This document shows positions 1 through 13,418 of a stretch of DNA of 64,000 nt, piece after piece. This stretch comes from Octopus vulgaris (taxonomy: Eukaryota). The notes under the pieces are model-generated. The model was given only the letters and a program-made list of their open reading frames with translations, ran no database searches and was not told the DNA's origin. Both the position numbers and the translations under genes were made by a program. The stretch covers positions 30,256,001 to 30,320,000 of the forward strand of contig OX597821.1 in NCBI GenBank assembly GCA_951406725.2, written 5' to 3'. Positions within the stretch are counted from its first letter, which is position 1. Every line of letters begins with the position of its first letter.

Positions 1-54
1 GTGTGTGCATGTATGTGTACAGCTATCCTACTCAGCTTCGATACATGCTTGTTT

Positions 55-237
<183 letters not shown>

Positions 238-506
238 CACAAATGCATATTCATTTGACTCCTTCATATACCCACACGTTTCTACTTTCTACACACACCA
301 GAAGCCTACGCATGCTATTATATCCTCCACTATACACTATATGCAGAGAAAACTGGGAATCAATATAACCAATTGAAAATCTTGTTACGGTGATCTTATC
401 CGCCATATTGATCACGTTTTCACATGCGATATCTTAGTTAATAAGTTGCCGTATATAAATCAGTTGACATATCACGATACACATTGTGAAAATGATGTAT
501 TTCATA

Positions 507-865
507 GTGATGATGACATTGAAGGCGATGATGATGATGATGATGATGACGATGAGGATGAGGATGATGATGATGATGATGATGGTGGTGATGATGATGA
601 TGATGATGAGGATGAGGATGAGGATGATGATGATGATGGTGGTGATGATGATGATGATGATGATGACGATGATGGTCGATGATGATGATGATGATGATGA
701 ATATGGTGATGATGATGATGATGATGAGGAGGAGGAGGATGGTGGTGGTGATGATGATGATGATGAGGATGAGGATGAGGATGATGATGAGGATGAGGAT
801 GAGGATGAGGATGAGGATGATGATGATGATGGTGGCGATTATGATGATGATGATGACGATGATGG

Positions 866-896
<31 letters not shown>

Positions 897-900
897 GGTC

Positions 901-936
<36 letters not shown>

Positions 937-1247
937 TATGGTGATGATAATGATGAGGAGGAGGGGGAGGACGACAACTATATCTATGATCATAATTATG
1001 ATGATATCATTTAGGATATCATAATAATAATAATAACAATATGATGATGATGATGATGATGATGATGAAGAACAGGAAGAAGAAGAAGAATAAGAAGAAG
1101 AAGAAGAAGAAGATGAAGGTGAAGAAGAAGAAGAAGAAGAAGAAGAAGAAGAAGAAGAAGAAGAAGAAGAAGAAGAAGAAGAAGAAGAAGAAGAAGAAGA
1201 AGAAGAAGAAGAGCAACAGTAATAATATTAGCAATAATAATAATAAT
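507..1247. repeat. Compound trinucleotide tract (GAT)n/(GAG,GGT)/(GAA)n/(TAA)n
   Basis: Directly visible; the poly-D/M/K/H ORFs are artefacts of it. Confidence 0.95.
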
Positions 1248-1439
1248 TGTCATCCGCTGTGCATCTTCACGTGAGATTACCATTATATGGTTGTGATGTA
1301 TGAACCTGATTCGACCATATCAGACGGGTAGTCATTATGAGTATATTGGGCTCCGTATATTCGTACCCCTGTAACACTTTATTGCATGCACTCATTTCTC
1401 ATTCGTTAATAATAATGATAGTAATAATGTTGATAATGA

Positions 1440-1760
1440 TTTCAAATTTTGGCACGAGGCTAGCATATACGGTGGGGGTGGGGCCTTAAGTCGATTACGT
1501 CGACAACAGTGTTCAGCTGGTTCTTATTTTATCAATTGGGAGAGGGTGAAAGACAAAGTCATCCTCAGTGGAATTTGAGCGTGAAGATGGTCAAAGTGCC
1601 GCTAAGAATTTTGCCCGTTGAAAACCTATCTATTATAGGTTGAAGGCTTGAAAATGTGGAGCGGGGTGCCAGTCAATTACATTGACCTCAGTTTTTGAGA
1701 ATTATTTTATATTATTGTTATCGAAAAGATAAAATGCGAAGTCGAACTCGGCGGAATTTT
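1440..1760 (-). mobile_element. Two decayed SINE family B fragments
   Basis: Degenerate matches to aagtcgattacatcgaccccagtg...ggcaaagtcgacctcggcggaatttg. Confidence 0.6.
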
Positions 1761-1779
1761 CCAGTTGTTGTAGCATTCA

Positions 1780-1988
1780 GATTAGGCCCAAACTTCTGCT
1801 TCATAGGGGACAGCTAGTATTTTCAGATTAGTGCTTGGGTGTGGAGTGTCTTTCACAATAAGTTAACATCCAAGTACCAAAATTATAATTTGCGGAGAGA
1901 CACTGTGAGACCGCTGACGACGGGTTGCTCACATATAATCAACCAGTGCAAGTACGGCCGAGACCTATGAGGAGTAAAATAAGAAATG

Positions 1989-2043
<55 letters not shown>

Positions 2044-2136
2044 TACTGATAATATATCAATACCAGCAGATGACAACGTTTCTCTAAAAGAAATGGAGAA
2101 ACTTTCAAAATACAAAGACCTGGAAATAGAGGTAAC
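1780..2136 (+). mobile_element. R4/Dong-type (RLE) non-LTR retrotransposon fragments around a (TAA)n tract
   Basis: GTASIFRLVLG-like C-terminus at about 1806-1840 followed by a 3' UTR and (TAA)n; after the tract, ISIPADDNVSLKEMEKLSKYKDLEIEV resembles the restriction-like endonuclease region. Confidence 0.6.
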
Positions 2137-2137
2137 A

Positions 2138-2545
2138 CTATTTTTAGGTAACTAAATAATTTTAACCTTCGTTTACTGGTAGAATGTATTTATAAAACAT
2201 CTTTTTCTCTTGGCTTTATTGAGAAAATTCTATAGTTTGTAAGATATTTGTTGTTTTATTTTCTTCAATTTCAACCAATCAATGACGTCCATTGAGGTAA
2301 AAAAAAGAACATTCTGTACCGTATGAATATGTCCCTCGTTTAAGAAACAGATAGGGTTTATTTACATTTGTGAAGAAAAAAAGATACCCTTCCCACATTT
2401 CTAGCCCTCACCCTAACCCTAACCCTAACTAACCCTAATCCTAAACTAGATTGAAATGCAATAGATCGATACTAGGGTCATAATTATGGGTGACAATTTC
2501 ATATGACACCGCTAGAAAAAACTACCGTTCAAACCGAAAAGATCC
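2138..2545 (+). mobile_element. Left-truncated copy of Merlin-like MITE with degenerate (CCCTAA)n
   Basis: Colinear with 16711-17152; right TIR ...ccgttcaaaccgaaaagatcc is present. Confidence 0.8.
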
Positions 2546-2559
2546 CAAGCGATATATTT

Positions 2560-3450
2560 GCATCGTTGCCCAGTTCATGTTATGCGTTCAAGAAATTTAT
2601 GTGCGAAGTGTTGTAGATACTTATTCACAACCAATACCACGTTGTTTGTGTTATGAAGACGGCGTTTGCAATGATTGCTTGTCATTCAGAGAGACGAACA
2701 GGTTGGAGTAGGAGGTTACCAGATGCGAGCTGTACGTTGAGTAGAAAACCACAGGAAACCCTAATTTAGCGATGGCCTGATTCATAATCAAAATATACGT
2801 ACAGTTCCTAAATATCACGGGAAATGATGATGACGATGATATACCCAATTTTGCTCCCCTCTCACCAAATCGAGGAATAAAAGCATACATAGGTTCGAAA
2901 GATTGAAGGAGGTCAGTGTACATTTCTATCCTTCTGTCCTTGTATCCAGGATCAACAGCCGTCATGGACACTTTGCACGGAAATTCTAATACTCGAATGT
3001 CATCTGTAGTGTGTTGTAACCGCAGTGCAGCTGTGCAGTAAGGTACCGTTAGTCACTTGTCTCCACAAATCATTCGTGTCAGTGCAGTGATCACTTTATA
3101 GGGCATCGCATTACGTAAGTTTCTTCAATGATGTTTTCCCATTATTCAAACTTCACCATCAGTCTGTATGCGTTGTTCAATTCTCTGTGACATTTCCGTA
3201 AACAACTTCTAACCTTCTGTGAATGCCGGAGAGAAGTACATTTCTCCTTTCTCAAGAACTGAGTAGAGTCTAGTTGCTTCTACGTTGGGTCCATGCTTAG
3301 AATTGGGAGAACAGGAAAAAGTGTTGCTATGGACAAAATTGTCCTACCTATATGTGCAATCTGAATGGCGATGTCAGGAAAGAGAACATTTTATATAAAA
3401 TTATACATTCAACTGTTTTAAAAAGTTCATTTCCGAATTGTTTTCAATGG
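2560..3450 (-). pseudogene. Highly decayed mariner transposase
   Basis: Minus-strand LTRMICGDK resembles the ITGDEKW motif; YSTYSSHLVTSYSNLFVSL resembles HPPYSPDLAPSDYHLFRSL. Confidence 0.5.
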
Positions 3451-3574
3451 ACTATTAACAACACAATTTCGCAAGAGCAGTTTTTAACGTGTAGTCACTT
3501 GTATGAGACTTAAGATGATTGGTGTTTCCTACAAGTGCCAGAAATGAAATGAAGAACGTGAGTTTGAAGACAGT

Positions 3575-3780
3575 GAGATGCAGAAAGTTTAGCACGTAGG
3601 GCAAAATACTTAGCGGTATTTCCTTTGTCTTTATGTTCTGAGTTCAAATCCCGCCGAGGTTGACTTTGCCTTTTACCCTTTAGGGTGTCGATAAATTAAG
3701 TATCAATTGCATACTGTGGTCAATGTAATCGACTGGTCCCTCTCCCAAAAGTTTGGGCCATGTGCTTAGAGTAGAAAAGA
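3575..3780 (+). mobile_element. SINE family B
   Basis: gagttcaaatcccgccgaggttgactttgcc...gtcgataaattaagta. Confidence 0.75.
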
Positions 3781-4052
3781 AAAGAAAAAAACATGTGTGA
3801 AACATGTGTTCAAAACAGTTTTCACACGTATCATTCACCCGAGGTTCTTAAAATACCAAGTAGATCAGCATTTCCTTGATATTTTTGTATAAGACATTGT
3901 CAGCCTTTCAGTTACAATATATTACATGATACTGTGCACTTACACGTTGCATTGCTTAATTTATAGTTTTTCGGCGAATTAACACACATACACACACGCG
4001 CACACACGTATACACACATGCGCATGCACACACACACACATCTATCTATCTA

Positions 4053-4153
<101 letters not shown>

Positions 4154-4181
4154 TGTGTGTGTGTGTGTCTGTATACTCTTC

Positions 4182-4583
4182 TACTCTTTTACTAGTTTCA
4201 GTCATTTGACTGCGGCCATGCTGGAGCACCGCCTCTAATCGAGCAACTCGACCCCGGGACTTATTCTTTTGTAAGCCCAGTACTTATTCTATCGGTCTCT
4301 TTTGCCGAACCGCTAAGTAACGGGGACATAAACACACCAGCATCGGTTGTCAAGCAATGCTAGGGGGACAAACACAGTCACACAAACACACACACGCATA
4401 CATATATATATACATATATACGGCGGGATTCTTTCAGTTTCCGTCTACCAAATCCACTCACAAGGCTTTGGTCGGCCCGAGGCTATAGTAGAAGACACTT
4501 GCCCAAGGTTCTCCGTAGTGAGATTGCACCCGGAACCATGTGGTCGGTAAACAACCTACTTACCACAGAGCCACTCCTGCGCC
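4182..4583 (-). mobile_element. SINE family A (tRNA-derived head, CORE-like ccttgggcaag, internal microsatellite)
   Basis: Reverse complement of the 35046-35440 copy. Confidence 0.9.
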
Positions 4584-5399
4584 TGTGTATTTATATATAT
4601 ACATAAATACAAAATGCCGAAGTTCTAAGGTATAGTTAGAAATGCATATTTTATACTGTGTAAACATATTTGATACAGAGCAAAATTTGTGGATAGACTG
4701 GAATGATAATATTTCATCAAACCAAAAGCTCACAGTCTAATTTAAATGACACCCAACTGTGAGGTAGATTAAAACGTTAGCAGTTGATATAACGATGGGT
4801 TCTCCTGTATGCGACTGATGTTATAAGTTGTTTTCAAAGTAATTTGAAGATGTAGAGTTTATAATGTTACTATCAAATGTGTGTTTAATAAGAATTACAG
4901 CCATGAATAGTCTTCCCTGATTTAGACACGCATCCACTCAAGCACACACACTTATAACAATACACATACGCAATATACCCCCAAACAGTCTGATACAGTC
5001 ACTCATACATCTAGACTGTAATAGAGGTAGCTGCAAAGACTGTTTTAAAATATGCAAATCGGTCTATTCGATTTTGCACTCCATTAGCAATTTTATGAAT
5101 ATAAATAATGAAAGAGGCCAGTCGTGTATTAGTTTAACCTATGTACAGGAGTATAAATGAATAGTCGGAGATATTTGATAATATTAGCCTGTGTCTTGAA
5201 TGAGTCTTCAGTTTCGTTATTGGAACATAATTTCTGCATTTTTCATTTGAGAGCAAAAGGAGTAAAACTAATATGTTGCCTACTGTCCATGAAGATATCG
5301 TATATAAGGTAAAGTCAAGCTATTTACATGTTTGCATCTATCGTCTACATAGTGCGTTGGATATATGTATATATATATGCATATATTTATTCCATCTCT

Positions 5400-5545
5400 G
5401 TTTATTTACTTGTGTTCCTTTCTGTTGATGAGCGTAGGCTCGAAACGTAAAAGACCTTTTCACCTTCCTGAGCGTCAAACTAGTACACATGCTTGTTGTT
5501 TATACACTTGTCTTCGTGTTTTGTTTTTTTTAAGTTTTAACTATA
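5400..5545 (+). mobile_element. Short pLTR-like hammerhead-bearing repeat
   Basis: Homologous to 59305-59495; ends in (TA)n. Confidence 0.65.
5418..5453 (+). ncRNA. Minimal type I hammerhead-like motif with atypical CUGUUGA core
   Basis: cttt-CTGTTGA-t-gagc(gtag)gctc-GAAAC-GTA-aaag. Confidence 0.55.
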
Positions 5546-5926
5546 TATATATATAAGAAATTAAAAAAAACAATACGCACACTTACATAGTTTTAATATA
5601 ATTTTTAATATATCGAGCGGTTTCGCTATCGCTGTTCATGATATTATGTTTTACTTATTTGAATATATATTTTTTTCTTAAGACGAAATTTGGTCCATGT
5701 TGTGTGTGATGAAATTCACGAGTGAATGACTTCACAAGGAGATAAATAAAGGGAGGTAATTGGTTGTCGTTATTATTGTTATCGTTGTGGGTAAGGGAGA
5801 TAACTGTTCAGCTTTCGGTAATGGCTGGGGATTATATATGTGTACAGAGACAAGTTTCAAAAACCTAGGGGATTTATGTACAGTGATGTAATCGTGAAAT
5901 GAAATATGTAAAAAGATAAAAGTTGG

Positions 5927-7190
5927 TTATGAGTGCATATTAAGACGTGTTTTGTATTTTTCAATGAAAAAAGTTTCTTTAGTTAAACGTTCTAGCTGAG
6001 AGTTTGCGTCTTTGCAGTGGTAGAAAGGGAAGACTGTGAAATTTGATTTGATATTACCCGCACATGTTTCTATATGTTAACTGAGAGGAATTTGACTATT
6101 TCGGGAAACGGATTTGCACCTTGTGCAGAGTCGTTCTCTTTCTCAAGGTCATACTCGTTTGTCCAATAGAGTGGTGTCCGCAACCCGAGCAGGTTATTAC
6201 ATAAATTAGGTTCTCAGAGGCACAGGCGAAACTAGTTTTAATTGTGAACCTCTGTCCTTGTTTGAAAAGGAAATCCTAGCCTTCAAGCAAGTTGGGGCAG
6301 GTTGCACAGTTTGGGCGTCCACATTTTTCAACCGTTGGTTTCATGATTGTTTTGTAAAGTTTCGCATTTGTTAGTAGTCTCTTTAGCGATTTGTCTTGTT
6401 TTTTGCATTTGATGAGTTTGTATGATTTCAGGATGTCGTTCATTTTAGGATCTCTAGTTAGTAAAGGAAGAGTTTGCACAATAGTGTTGAATGCCTCACT
6501 GTTTCTGGGGTTGTGTGTTGATATAAATAGTAATGTATTGGTTTGAAGTGTGGTGCTATGTTTTTTTGTTCTTAGTGTTTTTGTGTCTAATTGTTTGGCA
6601 CGTTTAATTTCCTCGTCGATAAGAGAGGGTGGATATTGTCTTTCAATAAATTTTGTTTTGAGGTCTTGAAGACGACGGTCCTGAGTTGTTCTATCAGACA
6701 CTATTGTGCAGATCCTTTTTGCTAAATTGAAAGGGATGTTTATTTTTATGTGTTTCGGGTGGCATGAGTTAAAAAGAAGATATTGTTCTGAATCAGTTGG
6801 TTTATAATAAATGTCAGTTAGGATTTCATTGTTAACTTTTTTATCATGATGTCTAAAAATGGAAGTTGTTCTTTGTTATATTCCATTGTGAATAGAATGT
6901 TACTATTTATGTAATTTAGTGTTGTTTTGAAATCCAAAAGTTAGTCGATGTTTTCCTTCTAGATGATAAAGCAGTCATCCAGGTATCGCTTCCAATTTTC
7001 TCTTATGTAGACGTAAAATGGGTAACCATATTTCTGAAGTGATACTTCATATAAGGTGAATTCAAAATAACCCATTATTAGGTTCACAAGCACAGGAGCT
7101 GCTTTCATCCACATCGCAATTCCGCATTTCTGACGATAGTATGGGTCATCAAATAGGAAATAATTGTTCTGAAGTATAAATTTAAGGATT
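5927..7190 (-). mobile_element. Penelope-like element (PLE) RT/GIY-YIG ORF remnant, 5' truncated and frameshifted
   Basis: RT motifs GIAM...ANL-like and WKRYLDDCF at about 6970-7130; CGRPNCATC linker (ORF 6276-6701); GIY-YIG-like LIYVITCSGCGHHSIGQT at about 6160-6215; stop codon at 5927. Confidence 0.9.
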
Positions 7191-7330
7191 TATGGTGTAC
7201 GATATCCAGGTGGAAAAAGAAATGATCTCACCCTACCTCCACGGACACTTGTCCTCAAGCCATGCCCCAGACATTGACACCCAAACGGCTCCCATAGTCA
7301 CCAGTACCCAACCCTCCACCTCTAACACTA

Positions 7331-7385
<55 letters not shown>

Positions 7386-7742
7386 TGTGTGTGTTTGTGT
7401 GTGTGTGTGTTATTTTTCTGCGTATGTTCCAGTGAAGAGGCAAAGCATTTCTTATGCAAAGGCAGAAGTCCGGGATTTGGAATTATTCAGTAATATTTTG
7501 CTAGATCATTTTGTATTTTTGTCTTCTGTCCTGGTACTCTATGAGCATTTAATGTGATTTTAGAGTCAAATTTTGGCTGTTATTTCCAGCGTGGCGGTAT
7601 CTGATAGATAGCCTAAATTTTAATTTTAATAATAATTATTGCATTTGAAGGTTTGTATTCCCATGCTGGCCACTTGATAAGATCGATATTTAAATTAACG
7701 ATTCTAACCTTATTTATACACACACACACACACACACACATA

Positions 7743-7855
<113 letters not shown>

Positions 7856-7873
7856 TATATGAGTGTATACAAA

Positions 7874-8310
7874 CAGAAGTGTCTGTGTGGTAAGTAGCTT
7901 GCTTACGAGACACATGGTTCCGGGTTCTGTCCCACTGCGTGGCACCCTGGGCAAGTGTCTTCTACTCTAGCATCGGGCTGACCAGAGTCTTGTGAGTGGA
8001 TTTGGTAGACGGAAACTGAAAGAAGCCCGTCGTATATATGTATATAAATAAATTAAATATATATATATATATATGTATGTTTGTATGTGTGTGTATATGT
8101 TTGTGTATCTGTGTTTGTCCCCCCCCCCAACATCGCTTGACAACCGATGCTGGTGTGTTTACGTCCACGTAACTTAGCGGTTCGGCAAAAAAGACCGATA
8201 GAATAAGTACTAGGCTTACAAAGAATAAGTCCTGGGATCGATTTGGTCGACTAAAAGCGGTGCTCCAGCGTAGCCACAGTCAAATAACTGAAACAAGTAA
8301 AAGAATAAAA
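7874..8310 (+). mobile_element. SINE family A
   Basis: Full head-to-tail match to the family consensus seen in this window. Confidence 0.9.
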
Positions 8311-9454
8311 AAGTATACGTACATACATATCAGTGTATGCACGCATGTGTGTGTATGTATATGCAGTGCATATACTGTCTTTATACGATACTACCTATTA
8401 TAGCACAACATAAGGATAGCCATTTATAGAAAAAAACCCTCTCGTAACTACCCATATTTTTGTAACACCTACATCCATTAAATTTTATCATAAAATTACA
8501 ATTCCCTTACTCTCTGTTTTACACTTCCTACACATCATGTACGAACAGAATCACACAACGCCAATAATCCGCCGTCTATAAACTGCCGTCTCTTCCTCGT
8601 TATTGATTCCCATGTGTTGGGGTTTCTTTACTTCAATCTTTTCTTTCCCTCTTTTACTCCAATCTGTAACATATTTATTCAATCTTAGTTTTATATCTTC
8701 ATTCTCTTACAAGATTTTTTCCTCCTCATTTTCTTTAGTTCTTGTTGTTTTCCTTTAGAATCCTCAATCATTCGAACTTAGACTATTTCAAACTTGATAA
8801 ATCTCTTTCCGTTTCTACATTTCATTTGCATGTACACATAATCGGATTGCGACTTGTTAGTATTTATAAATATAAATTTCACAAAAAGTACCTAAGCGGA
8901 AAAACAAACAAACGTAGTGTTAAATAAACAAAATAATTATTAAAAACAAAATTTAAACAAGCAGTAAGAGTTACGTTGCGTGTGCAGTGGATGCTGAATT
9001 AATTAAACGCCGCTCCCTGTTCTTTACTAATACCAGCTCCATTTTAAAGCAGTAGCAATATCAGAACTAACACTACACGATAGAAAGATTACATTTATGT
9101 TATGATAAAACACTCCTGTTAATACTGATATCTTTTGCAATTATTTTTAGAAGATATGTCTGTGCTGGTAAGAAGCAGTACAGGAGATTTTGCTTGTGAT
9201 ATTCGCTGTGGTATTCAGAGGTAATTTGGATTTTAGTGGTGTTGGTTGTGGTTCTTGTTGCACTGCTGGTAGGTGTGGTTTTAGCTACAATAGTTTAGGT
9301 TTCAGTAGTGATAGTAGTTGTGGTTTTGTCTGTTGAGGTGATAGTTGCAATTGTTATGGCTTTGGCTGTTGTCGTGATGGTAACTGTGGTTGTTGTAGTT
9401 TTGACTGCACTTGTAATGGTTGTAGTCTTGGTTGTAGTTGTTTTGTTTGTTCCT

Positions 9455-9737
9455 TCTCGAGCCATTCCTGGCTCATAAGGGCCGGTTTCCCGGTTTCCTT
9501 GGCGAATGCGTTCCCCACCTGGACGGGACGCCGGTCCGTCGCAGGTGAGCTAGAAGAGGAAAGAGTGAGAGAAAGTTGTGGCGAAAGAGTCAGCAGAGGT
9601 TTCGCCAATACCTTCTACCAGAGCTGCGTCGAGCTTAGGTGTTTCGCTCATAAACACACACATTGCACGGTCTGAGATTCGAACCCTCGATCCCTCGACC
9701 GTTAGTCCGCTGCTCTAACCACTAGACCATGTACCTC
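9455..9737 (-). mobile_element. SINE family C (tail type 1)
   Basis: tRNA-like head (reverse complement of gattcgaacc...ctaaccact); closely similar to 13013-13300. Confidence 0.85.
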
Positions 9738-10024
9738 CTCCTTGGTTGGAGTGGTGATTCTTGAAGTGGAAATAGTTGTAGTTGTCACGGTTGTGGTTCT
9801 GATTGCAGTGGTGGTGATTATGTTTTGGATTTTTGTTGTGATGGTGGTGACGGTGGTGCTTGCGGTTTTGGTTACAGTGGTGTATAGTGCTTGTACTAAC
9901 GGGAAGTACTAGAAATCAATGCAGTGATAATGTTGGCTGTGGTGATTATGGTATTATTATTGAGTGAGAGAGCAGCGCATGCCATGAAAGTGACATAGGG
10001 GTCGCACATACGAAACCCAGTATA

Positions 10025-10623
10025 CCTATTTCTTTACTACCCACAAGGGGCTAAACACAGAGGGGACAATCAAGGAGAGACAAACGGATTAAGCTGACTA
10101 CATCGACTCCAGTGCGTAACTGGTACTTAATTTATCGACCCCTAAAGGATGAAAGGCAACGTCGACCTCGGCGGAATTTGAACTCAGAAGGTAACGGCAC
10201 ACGAAATACCTATTTCTTTATTACCCACAAGGGGCTAAACATAGAGGGGACAAACAAAGACAGACATAGATATTTAGTCGATTACATCGACCCCAGTGCG
10301 TAACTGCTACTTAATTTATCGACACCGAAATGATGAAAGGCAAAGTCGACCTCGGCGGAATTTGAACTCAGAAGGTAACGGCACACGAAATACCTATTTC
10401 TTTATTACCCACAAGGGGCTAAACATAGAGGGGACAAACAAAGACAGACATGGATATTTAGTCGATTACATCGACCCCAGGGCGTAACTGGTATTTAACT
10501 TATCGACTCCGAAATGATGAAAGGCAAAGTCAACCTGGGCGGAATTTGAACTCACAACGTAACGACAGACGAAATACGGCTACGCATTTCGCCCGGCGTG
10601 CTAACGTTTCTGCCAGCTCGCCA
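10025..10623 (-). mobile_element. SINE family B with its 3' part tandemly triplicated (184-bp period)
   Basis: Three units starting at about 10025, 10209 and 10393; head at 10560-10623. Confidence 0.9.
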
Positions 10624-10969
10624 CAGTTGAAGCGGTACATGAGGTTTCAGTTGTGACGTACAGCAGTTGGGATGGTGGTTTTGTTAGTGGTTGTCGTTGT
10701 TGCTATTGATTGTTGCATTGGTTATAGTTGTGTTGTAGTATAGCTTTCGTTTCGATTATAGCCGAGATTGTGGATTTAAAAAGCTGCGGATCTGGTGGTG
10801 GTGTTGATAGTGGCGAAGGCAGTGGTGGCGATGGAGATGCTGGTGCTAATGATGGTGGTGATGGTTATGATGGTGTTGATGGTGATCGTAGTGGTGGTGG
10901 TGGTGCTGATGTTTGTGTGGGATTTCCGTCAGATCTATTTTCCTCAAAGTTTCATTCATCAAATTAATG

Positions 10970-11047
10970 CTTTTAGCTTGTTGTTGCTGTTGTTATTGTT
11001 GTTGCTGTTGTTGTTGTTGCCATTCTTGATGCTGTTCTTGTTGTTAT

Positions 11048-11100
<53 letters not shown>

Positions 11101-11217
11101 GGGATGGCGGCGACAACGATATTGTTCTTATCTGATAATGAAAAGATGATATTGCTGGTATTGCTGCTGCTGCTCATGATAATAGGAGGCAGAGTAAGAT
11201 TTCTGCACGGGATGATA

Positions 11218-11288
<71 letters not shown>

Positions 11289-11390
11289 AATGATGATGAT
11301 GATGACGGTAGTGGTGGTGATGAGACAGTTGTGTTGTTGGTGGTGGTGGTGGTGGACGTATTGATGATGCTGGTGAGGAGGATGGTGATG
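10970..11390. repeat. (GTT)n/(GAT)n/(GGT)n low-complexity tract
   Basis: Directly visible. Confidence 0.9.
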
Positions 11391-11547
11391 CCCGAAGCCG
11401 ATAGCGAAATATCGTGCACATGAAAACGAAACCACAACAAAGCATATTTGAGAGATTAAGAATATTTTACATGTAAAAATATTCAAGCAAGATTATATCG
11501 AGGAGTAACTCAATATTTTCACGGAGAATACACACACACAAACAGAG

Positions 11548-11590
<43 letters not shown>

Positions 11591-11756
11591 GACACACACA
11601 CATCTATATATGCATTTGTTTCGTCAAGTTTAACTGTATATATATATATATATGAAGGTGTGTATAAATTATGTGTTTTCTCCAAGTATACCAACATCAC
11701 TAACTATATATCCATATACATATCTAGATAAACATATATATATATATATATATATA

Positions 11757-11960
11757 TAGTTAATCCAAACAAGAAAACACAAAAAAAAGACAAAAAAAAA
11801 CACAACAACGCGAGGACGTGGAACAAATAAAGTATTATTGGACGCTCAGGAAAGAAGGGAAAAAGGAGGGTTTAACGTTTCGAGCGGAGCTCTTCGTCGG
11901 AAACATAGGAGAAGAAAAGATCCTGAGAAGGGAAGACAGACGAAAAAAATCACCAGCGGT
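11757..11960 (-). mobile_element. Short pLTR-like hammerhead-bearing repeat
   Basis: Homologous to 28118-28320; abuts (TA)n. Confidence 0.7.
11870..11904 (-). ncRNA. Minimal type I hammerhead (CCGACGA core)
   Basis: Minus strand: gttt-CCGACGA-a-gagc(tcc)gctc-GAAAC-GTT-aaac. Confidence 0.65.
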
Positions 11961-12485
11961 ACTCAGGGAAGTGGCTGAGAGTCTCTCGTTTTGTACACGA
12001 AAACACACACACACAGAAACATACACACACGTACTCAAGCAAACACACACAGACATATAAATCTAATTATACTTACATACACATACATAGATACATACAA
12101 TACAAACAAACATATATATGACTTTGTGTGTGCGCGTGTGTGTCTGTGCGGTTGAATATAATGATTGAAAGGCTTCCAATTATTGTATGGATTAAGTTAT
12201 TTCGTCATGTAACTTATACGAGCCTACACGGATTAAAGAGGCATTCATAAATGCAGGCAAACATGCGTAGGAAGGGATGTGTATTCATACGCACAGAAAC
12301 ATACTCAAGTAAATAGTCACATGCACAAACAAACACATGCTTACATAAGGGAAAAAAAAAAGGGTGTGTGTATGTATGTGTGTATGTGTTTGTGTATGAA
12401 TACACATATAATACCTTCATCCCTATGTATATTTATATAAACATATATTTACATACTTAATGTAAATATACTAATTGTATGTATG

Positions 12486-12551
<66 letters not shown>

Positions 12552-12596
12552 AATATATATATACATACATATATACATACATACATATTTTTATAT

Positions 12597-12654
<58 letters not shown>

Positions 12655-13012
12655 ATATAGCGCATTACTCTGCATACGTGTGTGCATGTGCGTGTTTGCG
12701 TATTTCGTTGTAAAATGTATTTATAGATTCGTTTATTCTCGAGATTATGCACAAGGATAATGATGCATGCAATCATAATATGTAATACCATTGCTATCTG
12801 TTCCTGTTGTATGTTTTATATGTTGTGTAGTCATATACGAAACACAAAGTCACGAATATTGCACACATTATAATTATGTGTGTGCATAATGTTATGTATC
12901 TTTATATATGTAGATATATACATACATTCTTACATACATAAATGCATATAGACATAAATAAATAGCTGAAAATGTGTTTGCGTACTTCAACGTACATGCA
13001 TTTGTATGTTCC

Positions 13013-13300
13013 TTTTCGAGCCACTCCTGGTTCATAAGGAGCCGGTTTCCTGGTTTCCTTCGTATATAGGTTCCCCACCTGGACGGGACGCCGGTCCGTC
13101 GCAGGTGAGCTGCAAGAGGAAAGAGTGAGAGAAAGTTGTGGCGAAAGAGTTAGCAGAAGTTCGTCATTACCTTCTGCTGGTGCTGTGCGGAGCTTAAGGT
13201 GTTTCGCTCATAAACACACACATCGCACGGTCTGAGATTCAAACCCACGATCCCTCGACCACGAGTCCGCAGAACTAACCACAAGGCTATGTGCCTCCAC
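13013..13300 (-). mobile_element. SINE family C (tail type 1)
   Basis: Matches 9455-9737. Confidence 0.85.
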
Positions 13301-13348
13301 AATGCATTTGTATGCTTACATATGTGCATACATCATACACAAACATAC

Positions 13349-13418
<70 letters not shown>

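Noticed and set aside
4620-4900. Faint PLE-RT-like traces (also 18700-19100 and 39300-39900) and LINE-like traces at 50960-51700
   Set aside because: Too degenerate to support by eye; needs a translated HMM search
10025-10623. Possible CRISPR-like array
   Set aside because: Eukaryotic SINE tandem units with no unique spacers
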